Both the position numbers and the translations under genes were made by a program. This document shows, piece by piece, positions 17,421 to 24,461 of a stretch of 24,461 nt of DNA. The notes beneath the pieces were generated by a model. That model was given only the letters and a program-made list of their open reading frames with translations. It did no database searches and was not told the DNA's origin. The first letter of the stretch is position 1; the number at the start of each line of letters is the position of its first letter. The stretch lies in the IMG/VR virus record IMGVR_UViG_2541047952_000002; one strand, given 5' to 3'. The DNA comes from a virus (lineage: Duplodnaviria > Heunggongvirae > Uroviricota > Caudoviricetes).

Positions 17421-17944
17421 CGCGTGCGCTGGCGGTAGTGGTGGCGCTGGCACTCGTTGCGCTGGGCTGGCAGTCGTGGCGGCTTAACAGCGCCAGCCAC
17501 ACCATCGAAACGCAGCGCGCGGCGCTGAAAAGTAAAACGCAGGAACTGACGAAGAAAAACAGCCAGCTCATCGGTCTGTCCATTCTGACTGAAACCAATA
17601 ACCGGGAGCAGGCGCGGCTCTATGCCGACGCAGAACAGACCAGCGTACTGCTGAGACAACGACAACGCCGGATCGAGGAACTGAAACGTGAGAACGAGGA
17701 TTTACGCCGCTGGGCTGATACTCCTTTGCCTGCTGACATTATCCGGCTGCGGGAACGCCCGGCACTCACCGGAGGTGCAGCTTACCGTCAGTGGTTGTCC
17801 GCGAGTGACGCCGTGTCGGCTGGAGCAGGCAGCGCCGCGCACCAACGGCGATCTGAACGCAGTGCTGGAAGTCACGGAGGCCGCCTGGGCGGTCTGTGCA
17901 GACAAGGTGAACATGATTATTGCGTGTCAGGAGCGAAACAGTGA
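17417..17944 (+). CDS. lysB: LysB / Rz-like inner-membrane spanin
   Basis: ATGA overlap with endolysin stop. N-terminal TM segment 'ALAVVVALALVALGW' followed by a charged coiled-coil-like region. The C-terminal ~50 aa are low-complexity, so the real protein may be shorter. Confidence 0.6.
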   Translation: MTRALAVVVALALVALGWQSWRLNSASHTIETQRAALKSKTQELTKKNSQLIGLSILTETNNREQARLYADAEQTSVLLRQRQRRIEELKRENEDLRRWADTPLPADIIRLRERPALTGGAAYRQWLSASDAVSAGAGSAAHQRRSERSAGSHGGRLGGLCRQGEHDYCVSGAKQ

Positions 17945-17978
17945 ACAAACCACAATCCCTGCGCCACGCCCTCAATAA
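17688..17978 (+). CDS. lysC: LysC / Rz1-like outer-membrane lipoprotein spanin, embedded in lysB in the +1 frame
   Basis: 96 aa, same length as P2 LysC. Lipoprotein signal with lipobox 'LTLSGC'. Nested in lysB as is typical for Rz/Rz1 pairs. Confidence 0.6.
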   Translation: MRTRIYAAGLILLCLLTLSGCGNARHSPEVQLTVSGCPRVTPCRLEQAAPRTNGDLNAVLEVTEAAWAVCADKVNMIIACQERNSEQTTIPAPRPQ

Positions 17979-18372
17979 AGCGGTGCCTTATGTCCGCAAT
18001 AACCCGGACAAACTGCATCTGTTTGTGGATAACGGTTCGCTGGTTGCTACGGGGGCCAGCTCCATGTCATGGGAGTACCGTTACACCCTGAACGTGGTGA
18101 TTGAGGATTTCAGCGGCGACCAGAATCTGCTGATGGCCCCGGTTTTGCTGTGGCTGCGGGATAACCAGCCCGATGCCATCAATAACCCGGCGTTACGGGA
18201 AAAACTATTTACCTTTGAGGTGGATATTCTGCGCAACGATGTCTGTGATATCAGCCTTAACCTGCAACTGACGGAACGTGTGCTGGTCAGCACTGACGGC
18301 AGTGTGTCGAGCGTTGAAGCGGTAGCAGAACCCGATGAACCTGAAGAAATGTGGACGGTGAAACGTGGCTGA
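17941..18372 (+). CDS. R: Tail completion protein gpR
   Basis: ORF 17920..18372 (TTG) trimmed to GTG 17941, 7 nt after AGGAG. 'SLRHALNKAV...LHLFVDNGSLVAT...YRYTLNVVIEDFSGD' resembles P2 R. Confidence 0.75.
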   Translation: MNKPQSLRHALNKAVPYVRNNPDKLHLFVDNGSLVATGASSMSWEYRYTLNVVIEDFSGDQNLLMAPVLLWLRDNQPDAINNPALREKLFTFEVDILRNDVCDISLNLQLTERVLVSTDGSVSSVEAVAEPDEPEEMWTVKRG

Positions 18373-18811
18373 ACTGCAGAAGGTGGACGACTGGCTTAGT
18401 GCCTTACTGGCGAATCTGGAACCAGTCGCAAGAAGCCGCATGATGCGCCAGCTGGCGCAGGAACTGCGCCGGACACAGCAGCAGAATATCAGGATGCAGC
18501 GCAATCCAGATGGCAGCAGTTATGAACCGCGCAAGGTCACGGCGCGCAGTAAAAAAGGCCGCATCAAACGTCAGATGTTTGCAAAGCTGCGCACCACCAA
18601 ATACCTGAAAACCGCCGCCAGCGCCGACTCTGCCTGCATACAGTTTGAAAGTAAGGTGCAGCGCATTGCCCGCGTTCACCATTATGGCCTGCGCGATCGC
18701 GTCAGCCGCAAAGGACCGGAAGTGCGTTACGCAGAGCGTCGTTTACTTGGAATGAATGAATATGCAGAAAATATAGTAAAAGATATATTGTTTCAGTTGC
18801 TAATAAAATGA
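18365..18811 (+). CDS. S: Tail completion protein gpS
   Basis: 148 aa (P2 S ~150), overlaps R stop. Position as P2 S. Confidence 0.8.
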   Translation: MAELQKVDDWLSALLANLEPVARSRMMRQLAQELRRTQQQNIRMQRNPDGSSYEPRKVTARSKKGRIKRQMFAKLRTTKYLKTAASADSACIQFESKVQRIARVHHYGLRDRVSRKGPEVRYAERRLLGMNEYAENIVKDILFQLLIK

Positions 18812-18976
18812 TGTGACTAAACCACATCATTTATTGCTGACTGAAAACCACGTCCTTTGGGCGTGGTCATCAACTGGTTTTGGCTCTACCTTATTGCCTT
18901 TGAATTTAAATGTTACAAAACTGGCAGTGGATTCTTTTTAAAGGTTTTGGTGCGCCCTTTTAGGATGTAATCAATA

Positions 18977-19001
18977 CCGCCTTCTTAGAAGGCGGGTTTT
19001 T
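18977..19001. terminator. Rho-independent terminator (bidirectional) between S and the HNH gene
   Basis: CCGCCTTCT-T-AGAAGGCGG stem-loop followed by GTTTTT. It lies 5 nt from the HNH gene stop on the other strand. Further AT-rich hairpins occur at 18808-18830 and 18846-18866. Confidence 0.55.
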
Positions 19002-19005
19002 ACTA

Positions 19006-19659
19006 CTAATCCATAAATGGTTCAAGAATTGGACCTAATTCAGCATCTTCCATAATGATCCATCTGCAAAATGATGAAAAAGCTGCGTCTCTTTTTATCA
19101 TCATCTTCATTTTTTCAATTAAGTATTTTTTTTGTTCTGTTGGAGTATCTTCTTCATAATATTCATTAATATTTTTAATTAGTTTTTGGGTTGTTTTCAC
19201 TACTTGAGTACGAAGTGCCGCAGAAGTTAATTTTTTACTCATGGTATGATCGCTATTATATACTTTCTCAAGTAACTCTGCGGTCGTCTGCGTTTCAATA
19301 TCATTAAATAGTGCTGTTACTGTTATTTTTTTTGCTTTATAAGAATATCCTGGGAGTAATTTTACTCGATCCCATACCTTTTCTTTACAGCAATCAAGAA
19401 TGTTGTCATATTTTGATAGTTTTATATTGTTACATCTGGAACATGATAGATATAAATTATCCCAATCAAAAGCTCTTTCCACATCATCACCCTTGGGTTT
19501 AAAATGTTCAATGTTTATATCCAAAGGGTTCTTTGTTTCGCAAATGTAACATTTTCCATAAAAGCATTCCTGTAGTGCTTCATGTACATCAGCACCATCA
19601 TAACGTGCTTTCTTGGAAAGAGACTTTGGTGCAGGATATGTTCTATTAACCTTGAACAT
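19006..19659 (-). CDS. HNH endonuclease (217 aa), second gene of an ATPase + HNH pair (Septu PtuB-like)
   Basis: HNH-type motif 'CYICETKNPLDINIEHFKPK...FDWDNLYLSCSRCNNIK' (C-x2-C ... H ... N ... C-x2-C-N). Start ATG overlaps the upstream ATPase stop by 1 nt (TAATG). Very AT-rich. Confidence 0.8.
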   Translation of the reverse strand: MFKVNRTYPAPKSLSKKARYDGADVHEALQECFYGKCYICETKNPLDINIEHFKPKGDDVERAFDWDNLYLSCSRCNNIKLSKYDNILDCCKEKVWDRVKLLPGYSYKAKKITVTALFNDIETQTTAELLEKVYNSDHTMSKKLTSAALRTQVVKTTQKLIKNINEYYEEDTPTEQKKYLIEKMKMMIKRDAAFSSFCRWIIMEDAELGPILEPFMD

Positions 19660-20888
19660 TATTTCTCCTGAGAATTTGCTTTTTTATATTTTAGTATCTG
19701 CATTTTTGCATAGTCAATAAATGCACTTGCATGGATGTCCATGGATTCATCTAAAGGTGCTAAGGATTGTATTATGTTATTGGCAGTTTCAATATTGTTG
19801 TTGTTAATATTGTCAATAATATCTTGAAGTTGTTCTAACTTATCTGAAAGAACTTTAGATATTGGACTTACTCCGAATAATTCTTGAAGGATGATACCAT
19901 AAGAATATGAAGACACATCACTAATTTTCGCGTTGGTCGATAGATCATAAATGATGGCATTTGTGACGGATGTAACAACAAACGGAGAATGTGTAGTGAC
20001 AATGAATTGTACTTTAGGAAAGGAGTGACTAAAAAATCTTAATATTTGCTTTTGCAAAGAAACATGTAAATGCGCATCTATTTCATCAATAAAAATAATA
20101 CCTTCGATACTGTCAGGTGTTAAACCCCACATTTCTACTCTCATTATTAAGTCAGCGTAAATTCTCAATATTGATGAGTGGCCAGAAGATAATGTTTGAA
20201 AAGTAAACTTATCTTTACCATCTTGATTGAGATAAAATTTTCCTTCGTTACTATCAAACGTTAGTAAGAGGTTTTTATCTTCAAAAAGTTCCTGCATATC
20301 AGTTTCAATTTTATCAAACCATTTCTGTATCCGCTGAGCTTTCTTATGGTCATTATCAAAAGAAATTGCATAGCTCTGAGCTGTTTTTAAACTAACCAAA
20401 TAATTCTCAAAGAAATCATCACCATCTACTTCATTAGAAAAATGTGATTTTTCATTAATTAAAGCCGATAGCCTAGGAACGGCAATTGGCGAGGTAATTG
20501 ATGCTTCACGTAGAGCTTTGTGAAATCTCAATAGTGAACGTGTTTCACCTTCTTTTTCTTTTGTTTCTATTCTAATGGCTTTTAATTGTTCAATTTTTAA
20601 TTCAATGTTTTTTATTTCTTCAGAATAAAAGTTGTAATTAACGTCGTCACGCCCGCCGTTATTTAAGTGATATTTGTAGGACTCTAACGTATTGTATAAA
20701 TTATTGATGTTATGATCATTAGGTCTATCTATCTTATTTTTAAGGAAATCATAAATAGATCTAATAAAACTAGTTTTTCCACACCCGTTACCACCAGTTA
20801 TTATGAGATTTTTACCGTCAAGCAATAAGTTTGCTGTCTTATTAGTGTATGGAATTGGAGCATAAATTTCATTTATTGATGTAAGCAT
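19659..20888 (-). CDS. ABC-type (AAA_15/AAA_21-like) ATPase (410 aa), first gene of an ATPase + HNH pair (Septu PtuA-like)
   Basis: ORF 19659..20987 trimmed to ATG at 20886-20888 (AAGGGA 7 nt upstream); the longer form would overlap the V start. Walker A 'GGNGCGKTS', 'LSSGHSSIL', Walker B plus His 'IIFIDEIDAHLHVS', 'FIVTTHSPF'. Confidence 0.8.
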   Translation of the reverse strand: MLTSINEIYAPIPYTNKTANLLLDGKNLIITGGNGCGKTSFIRSIYDFLKNKIDRPNDHNINNLYNTLESYKYHLNNGGRDDVNYNFYSEEIKNIELKIEQLKAIRIETKEKEGETRSLLRFHKALREASITSPIAVPRLSALINEKSHFSNEVDGDDFFENYLVSLKTAQSYAISFDNDHKKAQRIQKWFDKIETDMQELFEDKNLLLTFDSNEGKFYLNQDGKDKFTFQTLSSGHSSILRIYADLIMRVEMWGLTPDSIEGIIFIDEIDAHLHVSLQKQILRFFSHSFPKVQFIVTTHSPFVVTSVTNAIIYDLSTNAKISDVSSYSYGIILQELFGVSPISKVLSDKLEQLQDIIDNINNNNIETANNIIQSLAPLDESMDIHASAFIDYAKMQILKYKKANSQEK

Positions 20889-20897
20889 ATATTCCCT

Positions 20898-20915
20898 TGT
20901 ATCGTTAACAGTACA
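20898..20915 (+). promoter_or_regulatory. Candidate PV late-promoter Ogr/B box (TGT-N12-ACA)
   Basis: TGTATCGTTAACAGTACA lies ~60 bp upstream of the V start, with an A/T-rich -10 candidate (GATAATAAT) downstream. It starts 10 bp from the PtuA-like start codon on the opposite strand. Confidence 0.45.
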
Positions 20916-20975
20916 ACTACAACACTGATAATAATACAACTTATTGAGATACAGTTCACCTTTAAGGGGGGAAGG

Positions 20976-21554
20976 GTGAACGCACAATTAACCGAAATCA
21001 TGCGCCTTATCACCAACCTGATCCGCACTGGGGTAGTCACCGAAGTGGACAGGGAAAACTGGCTTTGCCGAGTGAAAACGGGCGAGCTTGAAACTAACTG
21101 GATCAGTTGGCTGACGCTGCGTGCAGGAAATGCCCGGACATGGTGGCGACCATCGGAAGGTGAGCAGGTGGTGCTGCTGAGTCTGGGGGGCAATCTGGAA
21201 ACGGCCTTTGCGCTGCCCGCTGTCTATTCGAATCAGTTTGCGCCACCGTCGACGTCGGCGGACGCCTGTGTGACAGAATATCCTGACGGTGGCTGGTTTG
21301 AATACGAACCTGCCACCGGGCGCTGGTATGTCAGGGGCATCAAATCCATGGTCATTGAGGCTGCCGATAACATCACCCTGAAAACCAGTGAGTTTGTGCT
21401 GGAGGCTGACCGCACGCGTATTAACAGCGAAGTGGTGATCAATGGTGGCGTTACCCAGGGCGGCGGAGCGATGAGCTCTAACGGGATTGTGGTTGATGCG
21501 CATCAGCATACTGGCGTCCTGAAAGGCGGCGATACAACCGGAGGCCCGGTATGA
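20976..21554 (+). CDS. V: Baseplate spike/assembly protein gpV
   Basis: 192 aa, GTG start with AAGGGGGG RBS. 'WLTLRAGNARTWWRPSEGEQV' and 'HQHTG...GGDTTGGP' resemble P2 V. Confidence 0.85.
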   Translation: MNAQLTEIMRLITNLIRTGVVTEVDRENWLCRVKTGELETNWISWLTLRAGNARTWWRPSEGEQVVLLSLGGNLETAFALPAVYSNQFAPPSTSADACVTEYPDGGWFEYEPATGRWYVRGIKSMVIEAADNITLKTSEFVLEADRTRINSEVVINGGVTQGGGAMSSNGIVVDAHQHTGVLKGGDTTGGPV

Positions 21555-21910
21555 CGCTTTATAGCGGGATGAACAATACCAGCGGCAAAGTCATTACTGA
21601 TATTGATCATCTGCGCCAGTCGGTGCGGGACATTCTGCTGACACCGCAGGGTAGCCGTATTGCCCGCCGTGAATATGGTTCCCTGCTGTCGGCACTGATA
21701 GACCAGCCACAAAATCCGGCGTTACGCCTGCAGGTCATGTCGGCAGTGTATGTGGCGCTGAGTCGCTGGGAGCCACGGCTGACGCTGGATTCCATCACCA
21801 TCAACAGCCATTTTGACGGTTCAATGGTGGTGGAGCTGAGCGGGCGGCGTAATAACGGTGTGCCTGTTTCCCTTTCCGTATCAACAGGAGCAGAGAATGG
21901 CAGTGATTGA
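21551..21910 (+). CDS. W: Baseplate wedge protein gpW (gp25-like)
   Basis: 119 aa, ATGA overlap with V stop. Position and size as P2 W (~115 aa). Confidence 0.85.
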   Translation: MTLYSGMNNTSGKVITDIDHLRQSVRDILLTPQGSRIARREYGSLLSALIDQPQNPALRLQVMSAVYVALSRWEPRLTLDSITINSHFDGSMVVELSGRRNNGVPVSLSVSTGAENGSD

Positions 21911-22805
21911 CCTTTCGCAGTTGCCTGCGCCGCAGATTGTGGATGTGCCGGACTTTGAGACGCTGCTTGCCGAACGCAAGGCCGAATTTGTTGCGCTTCA
22001 TCCGAAAGATGAGCAGGAAGCAGTGATCCGCACGCTGGAACTGGAATCTGAACCCGTCACCAAATTGCTGCAGGAGAACGCTTACCGTGAGTTGCTTCTG
22101 CGCCAGCGCATTAACGAAGCCGCGCAGGCTGTGATGGTGGCTTACGCGATGGGCAGCGATCTTGACCAGCTCGCTGCCAACTACAACGTGAAACGCCTGA
22201 CGGTGACGCCTGCTGATAATGACGCTGTGCCGCCCGTTGCAGCTGTGATGGAAAGCGATGAAGCGTTACGCCTGCGTGTGCCTGCAGCCTTTGAAGGGCT
22301 TTCAGTTGCGGGGCCAACTGCAGCTTATGAATTTCATGCCCGAAGCGCCGACGGTCGGGTGGCGGATGCCAGTGCAACCAGCCCGGCACCTGCAGAGGTG
22401 GTGCTGACTGTCCTTAGCCGCGAAGGCGATGGAACTGCAGAAAAAGACCTGCTGGACGTGGTGGAAAAAGCTCTGAACAGTGAGAACGTCCGCCCGGTGG
22501 CTGACCGTCTGACGGTTCGCAGCGCAGAAATCATCCCGTATCGCGTGGAAGCCACCATTTTTCTCTATCCGGGACCGGAAGCAGAGCCGGTAATGGCAGC
22601 GGCAAAAGCCAGCCTGCAGAAGTACATCGCCAGTCAGACGCGTCTTGGTCGGGATATTCGCCGTAGCGCCATCTTTGCCGCCCTGCATGTTGAGGGTGTG
22701 CAGCGTGTGGAGCTGGCTTCTCCTCTGGCGGATGTGGTCCTGAACAAAACACAGGCGGCATCATGTACGCAGTGGAGCGTAACCAACGGAGGAACGGATG
22801 AATAG
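21897..22805 (+). CDS. J: Baseplate assembly protein gpJ
   Basis: ORF 21858..22805 trimmed to ATG 21897 (AGGAG upstream), giving 302 aa, identical in length to P2 J. Confidence 0.85.
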   Translation: MAVIDLSQLPAPQIVDVPDFETLLAERKAEFVALHPKDEQEAVIRTLELESEPVTKLLQENAYRELLLRQRINEAAQAVMVAYAMGSDLDQLAANYNVKRLTVTPADNDAVPPVAAVMESDEALRLRVPAAFEGLSVAGPTAAYEFHARSADGRVADASATSPAPAEVVLTVLSREGDGTAEKDLLDVVEKALNSENVRPVADRLTVRSAEIIPYRVEATIFLYPGPEAEPVMAAAKASLQKYIASQTRLGRDIRRSAIFAALHVEGVQRVELASPLADVVLNKTQAASCTQWSVTNGGTDE

Positions 22806-23403
22806 TCTGCTGCCACCGGGTTCAACACCACTGGAGCGCCGACTGGCGCAAGCGTGCAGCGGGATTTCTGATTTGCAGGTGCCGCTGCGTGACCTGTGGG
22901 ATCCGACGACCTGTCCGGTCAGTTTCCTGCCTTATCTCGCCTGGGCGTTCTCTGTGGATCGCTGGGATGAGGGCTGGACTGAAAGCGTCAAACGTCAGGT
23001 GGTGAAGGATGCTTTTTATATTCATCAACATAAAGGAACCACCAGTGCCGTGCGGCGGGTAGTGGAACCGTTCGGATTCCTGATCCGCATTATTGAGTGG
23101 TGGCAGACCGGAGAAACACCGGGCACGTTTCGCCTGGATATCGGCGTGCAGGACCAGGGCATCACTGAAGATACCTATCTGGAACTTGAGCGGCTGATAA
23201 GCGATGCCAAACCATGTAGCCGTCACATGATCGGCATGTCCATCAATCTGCAGACCAGCGGTCCGCATTGGGTGGGGGCCGCCAGCTATCTTGGCGAAGA
23301 AATCACGATCTATCCGTATATCAACGAAACAATTATTTCTGGCGGCACCGCGCATGAAGGCGGGGCGGTCCATGTTATTGACACAATGAGAGTGAATCCA
23401 TGA
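22798..23403 (+). CDS. I: Baseplate/tail protein gpI
   Basis: 201 aa, overlaps J stop and H start. Position as P2 I. Confidence 0.8.
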   Translation: MNSLLPPGSTPLERRLAQACSGISDLQVPLRDLWDPTTCPVSFLPYLAWAFSVDRWDEGWTESVKRQVVKDAFYIHQHKGTTSAVRRVVEPFGFLIRIIEWWQTGETPGTFRLDIGVQDQGITEDTYLELERLISDAKPCSRHMIGMSINLQTSGPHWVGAASYLGEEITIYPYINETIISGGTAHEGGAVHVIDTMRVNP

Positions 23404-24461
23404 GCACAAAATTTTATACCCTGCTGACGGATATTGGCGCGGCGAAACTTGCCAGCGCCGCCGCGCTCGGTGTGCCTTTAAAAATTACCCATATGGCGGT
23501 CGGCGATGGCGGCGGAACATTACCAACGCCGGACGCAAAGCAGACTGGGCTGGTGAATGAGAAACGCCGGGCTGCGCTGAATATGCTGTACATCGACCCG
23601 CAGAACAGCAGCCAGATTATTGCTGAACAGGTGATCCCTGAAAACGAGGGTGGTTGGTGGATACGTGAAGTGGGCCTGTTTGATGAGTCCGGAGCATTGA
23701 TTGCCGTGGGCAACTGCCCGGAAAGCTATAAGCCGCAACTGGCTGAAGGCAGCGGGCGTACCCAGACCGTGCGTATGGTGTTGATTACCAGCAGCACGGA
23801 CAATATCACCCTGAAAATCGACCCTGCCGTCGTGCTGGCAACCCGCAAGTATGTGGATGATAAGGTACTGGAGCTGAAGGTGTACGCGGATGATCAGATG
23901 GCAAAACATCTTGCCGCACCGGACCCGCATTCACAGTATGCACCCAAAGAAAGTCCGACGTTTACCGGGACACCCAAAGCGCCAACGCCAGCGGCGGGGA
24001 ATAATACCACGCAACTTGCGACCACCGCGTTTGTTCAGGCGGCACTGACGACCCTGATTAATGGTGCGCCAGCCACGCTGGACACGCTGAAAGAAATTGC
24101 CGCAGCCATAAACAATGACCCGAAATTCAGTACCACCATTAACAATGCGCTGGCACTGAAAGCGCCGCTGTCGAGTCCGGCACTTACCGGAACGCCAACA
24201 GCACCTACAGCGGCACAGTCGGTCAACAATACACAGATTGCTACCACGGCATTTGTGAAATCGGCGATTGCGGCAATGGTGGGTTCTGCACCTGCGGCAC
24301 TGGATACACTGAACGAACTGGCGGCGGCGCTTGGGAATGACCCGAACTTTGCCACGACAATGCTTAATGCACTGGCAGGTAAACAACCGCTGGACAATAC
24401 GCTTACCAATTTGAGTGGAAAGGATGTAGCTGGTCTTCTCGCATACCTTGGTTTGGGAGAA
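23400..24461 (+). CDS. H: Tail fibre protein gpH, N-terminal part (continues beyond window end)
   Basis: Open frame from ATG 23400 (ATGA overlap with I stop) to the window end, not listed in the ORF track because no stop occurs. My translation 'MSTKFYTLLTDIGAAKLA...', 'NTQIATTAFV', 'LDTLNELAAALGNDPNFATTMLNALAGKQP' matches the conserved P2 H N-terminal region. The four minus-strand track ORFs in 23414-24409 are antisense artefacts. Confidence 0.85.
   Translation, partial: MSTKFYTLLTDIGAAKLASAAALGVPLKITHMAVGDGGGTLPTPDAKQTGLVNEKRRAALNMLYIDPQNSSQIIAEQVIPENEGGWWIREVGLFDESGALIAVGNCPESYKPQLAEGSGRTQTVRMVLITSSTDNITLKIDPAVVLATRKYVDDKVLELKVYADDQMAKHLAAPDPHSQYAPKESPTFTGTPKAPTPAAGNNTTQLATTAFVQAALTTLINGAPATLDTLKEIAAAINNDPKFSTTINNALALKAPLSSPALTGTPTAPTAAQSVNNTQIATTAFVKSAIAAMVGSAPAALDTLNELAAALGNDPNFATTMLNALAGKQPLDNTLTNLSGKDVAGLLAYLGLGE

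Larger units (their letters stand above)
1..24461. mobile_element. P2/186-like prophage, int-proximal portion (int through tail fibre H, partial)
   Basis: Gene order int-cI / cox-cII-...-A / Q-P / O-N-M-L-X-Y-K-lysB-lysC-R-S / V-W-J-I-H matches P2-family synteny. Protein lengths are close to the P2 values I recall (Q 344 aa, J 302 aa, X 67 aa, lysC 96 aa). Window starts exactly at the int stop codon, so attL is expected just outside. Confidence 0.85.

Noticed and set aside
19006-20888. Considered whether the ATPase + HNH pair is part of a restriction-modification or retron system
   Set aside because: No methyltransferase, reverse transcriptase or structured ncRNA-like region is adjacent. The interval contains only the two genes between phage terminator and promoter, so a two-gene Septu-like module is the more economical reading, though unverified.
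20889-20987. Longer form of the PtuA-like ATPase starting at 20987 (442 aa)
   Set aside because: It would overlap the V start codon and the PV promoter dyad. The first 33 codons are Cys/Tyr-rich with no RBS, whereas the internal ATG at 20886-20888 has an AAGGGA RBS and begins just before the Walker A region.
1-24461. Searched for CRISPR arrays, tRNA/tmRNA genes, IS elements, terminal inverted repeats and integron attC sites
   Set aside because: No regularly spaced direct repeats, no tRNA-like cloverleaf candidates and no transposase-like ORFs were seen. The attachment site is expected just outside the window, left of the int stop.

Overview
This window is the left ~24.5 kb of a P2/186-family prophage in an enterobacterial genome, running from the integrase stop codon (pos 1) into the tail-fibre gene H (cut by the window end). 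Calls rest on my reading of the ORF-track translations and motifs; no database search was possible. The structural backbone is syntenic with P2: Q-P divergent from O-N-M-L-X-Y-K-lysB-lysC-R-S, then V-W-J-I-H. The lysogeny switch looks 186-type: a ~190-aa CI repressor, Cox/Apl, a CII-like protein, and a LexA-boxed tum/DinI module. The early operon carries a TraR/DksA zinc finger, a Dam-like adenine methyltransferase and the HUH replication initiator A, all translationally coupled. Two visibly AT-rich cargo islands interrupt the GC-rich backbone and are the main candidates for anti-phage systems. Island 1 (about 7.3-10.4 kb) lies between gene A and portal gene Q and holds a GNAT acetyltransferase, a possible cos-like site and a solitary ABC-ATPase-Toprim gene (OLD/PARIS-like). 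Island 2 (about 18.8-21.0 kb) lies between tail-completion gene S and the V late promoter and holds a coupled ABC-type ATPase + HNH nuclease pair (Septu-like). A small secreted Cys-rich ORF sits between cI and int. No tRNA, rRNA, CRISPR array or IS element was recognised.
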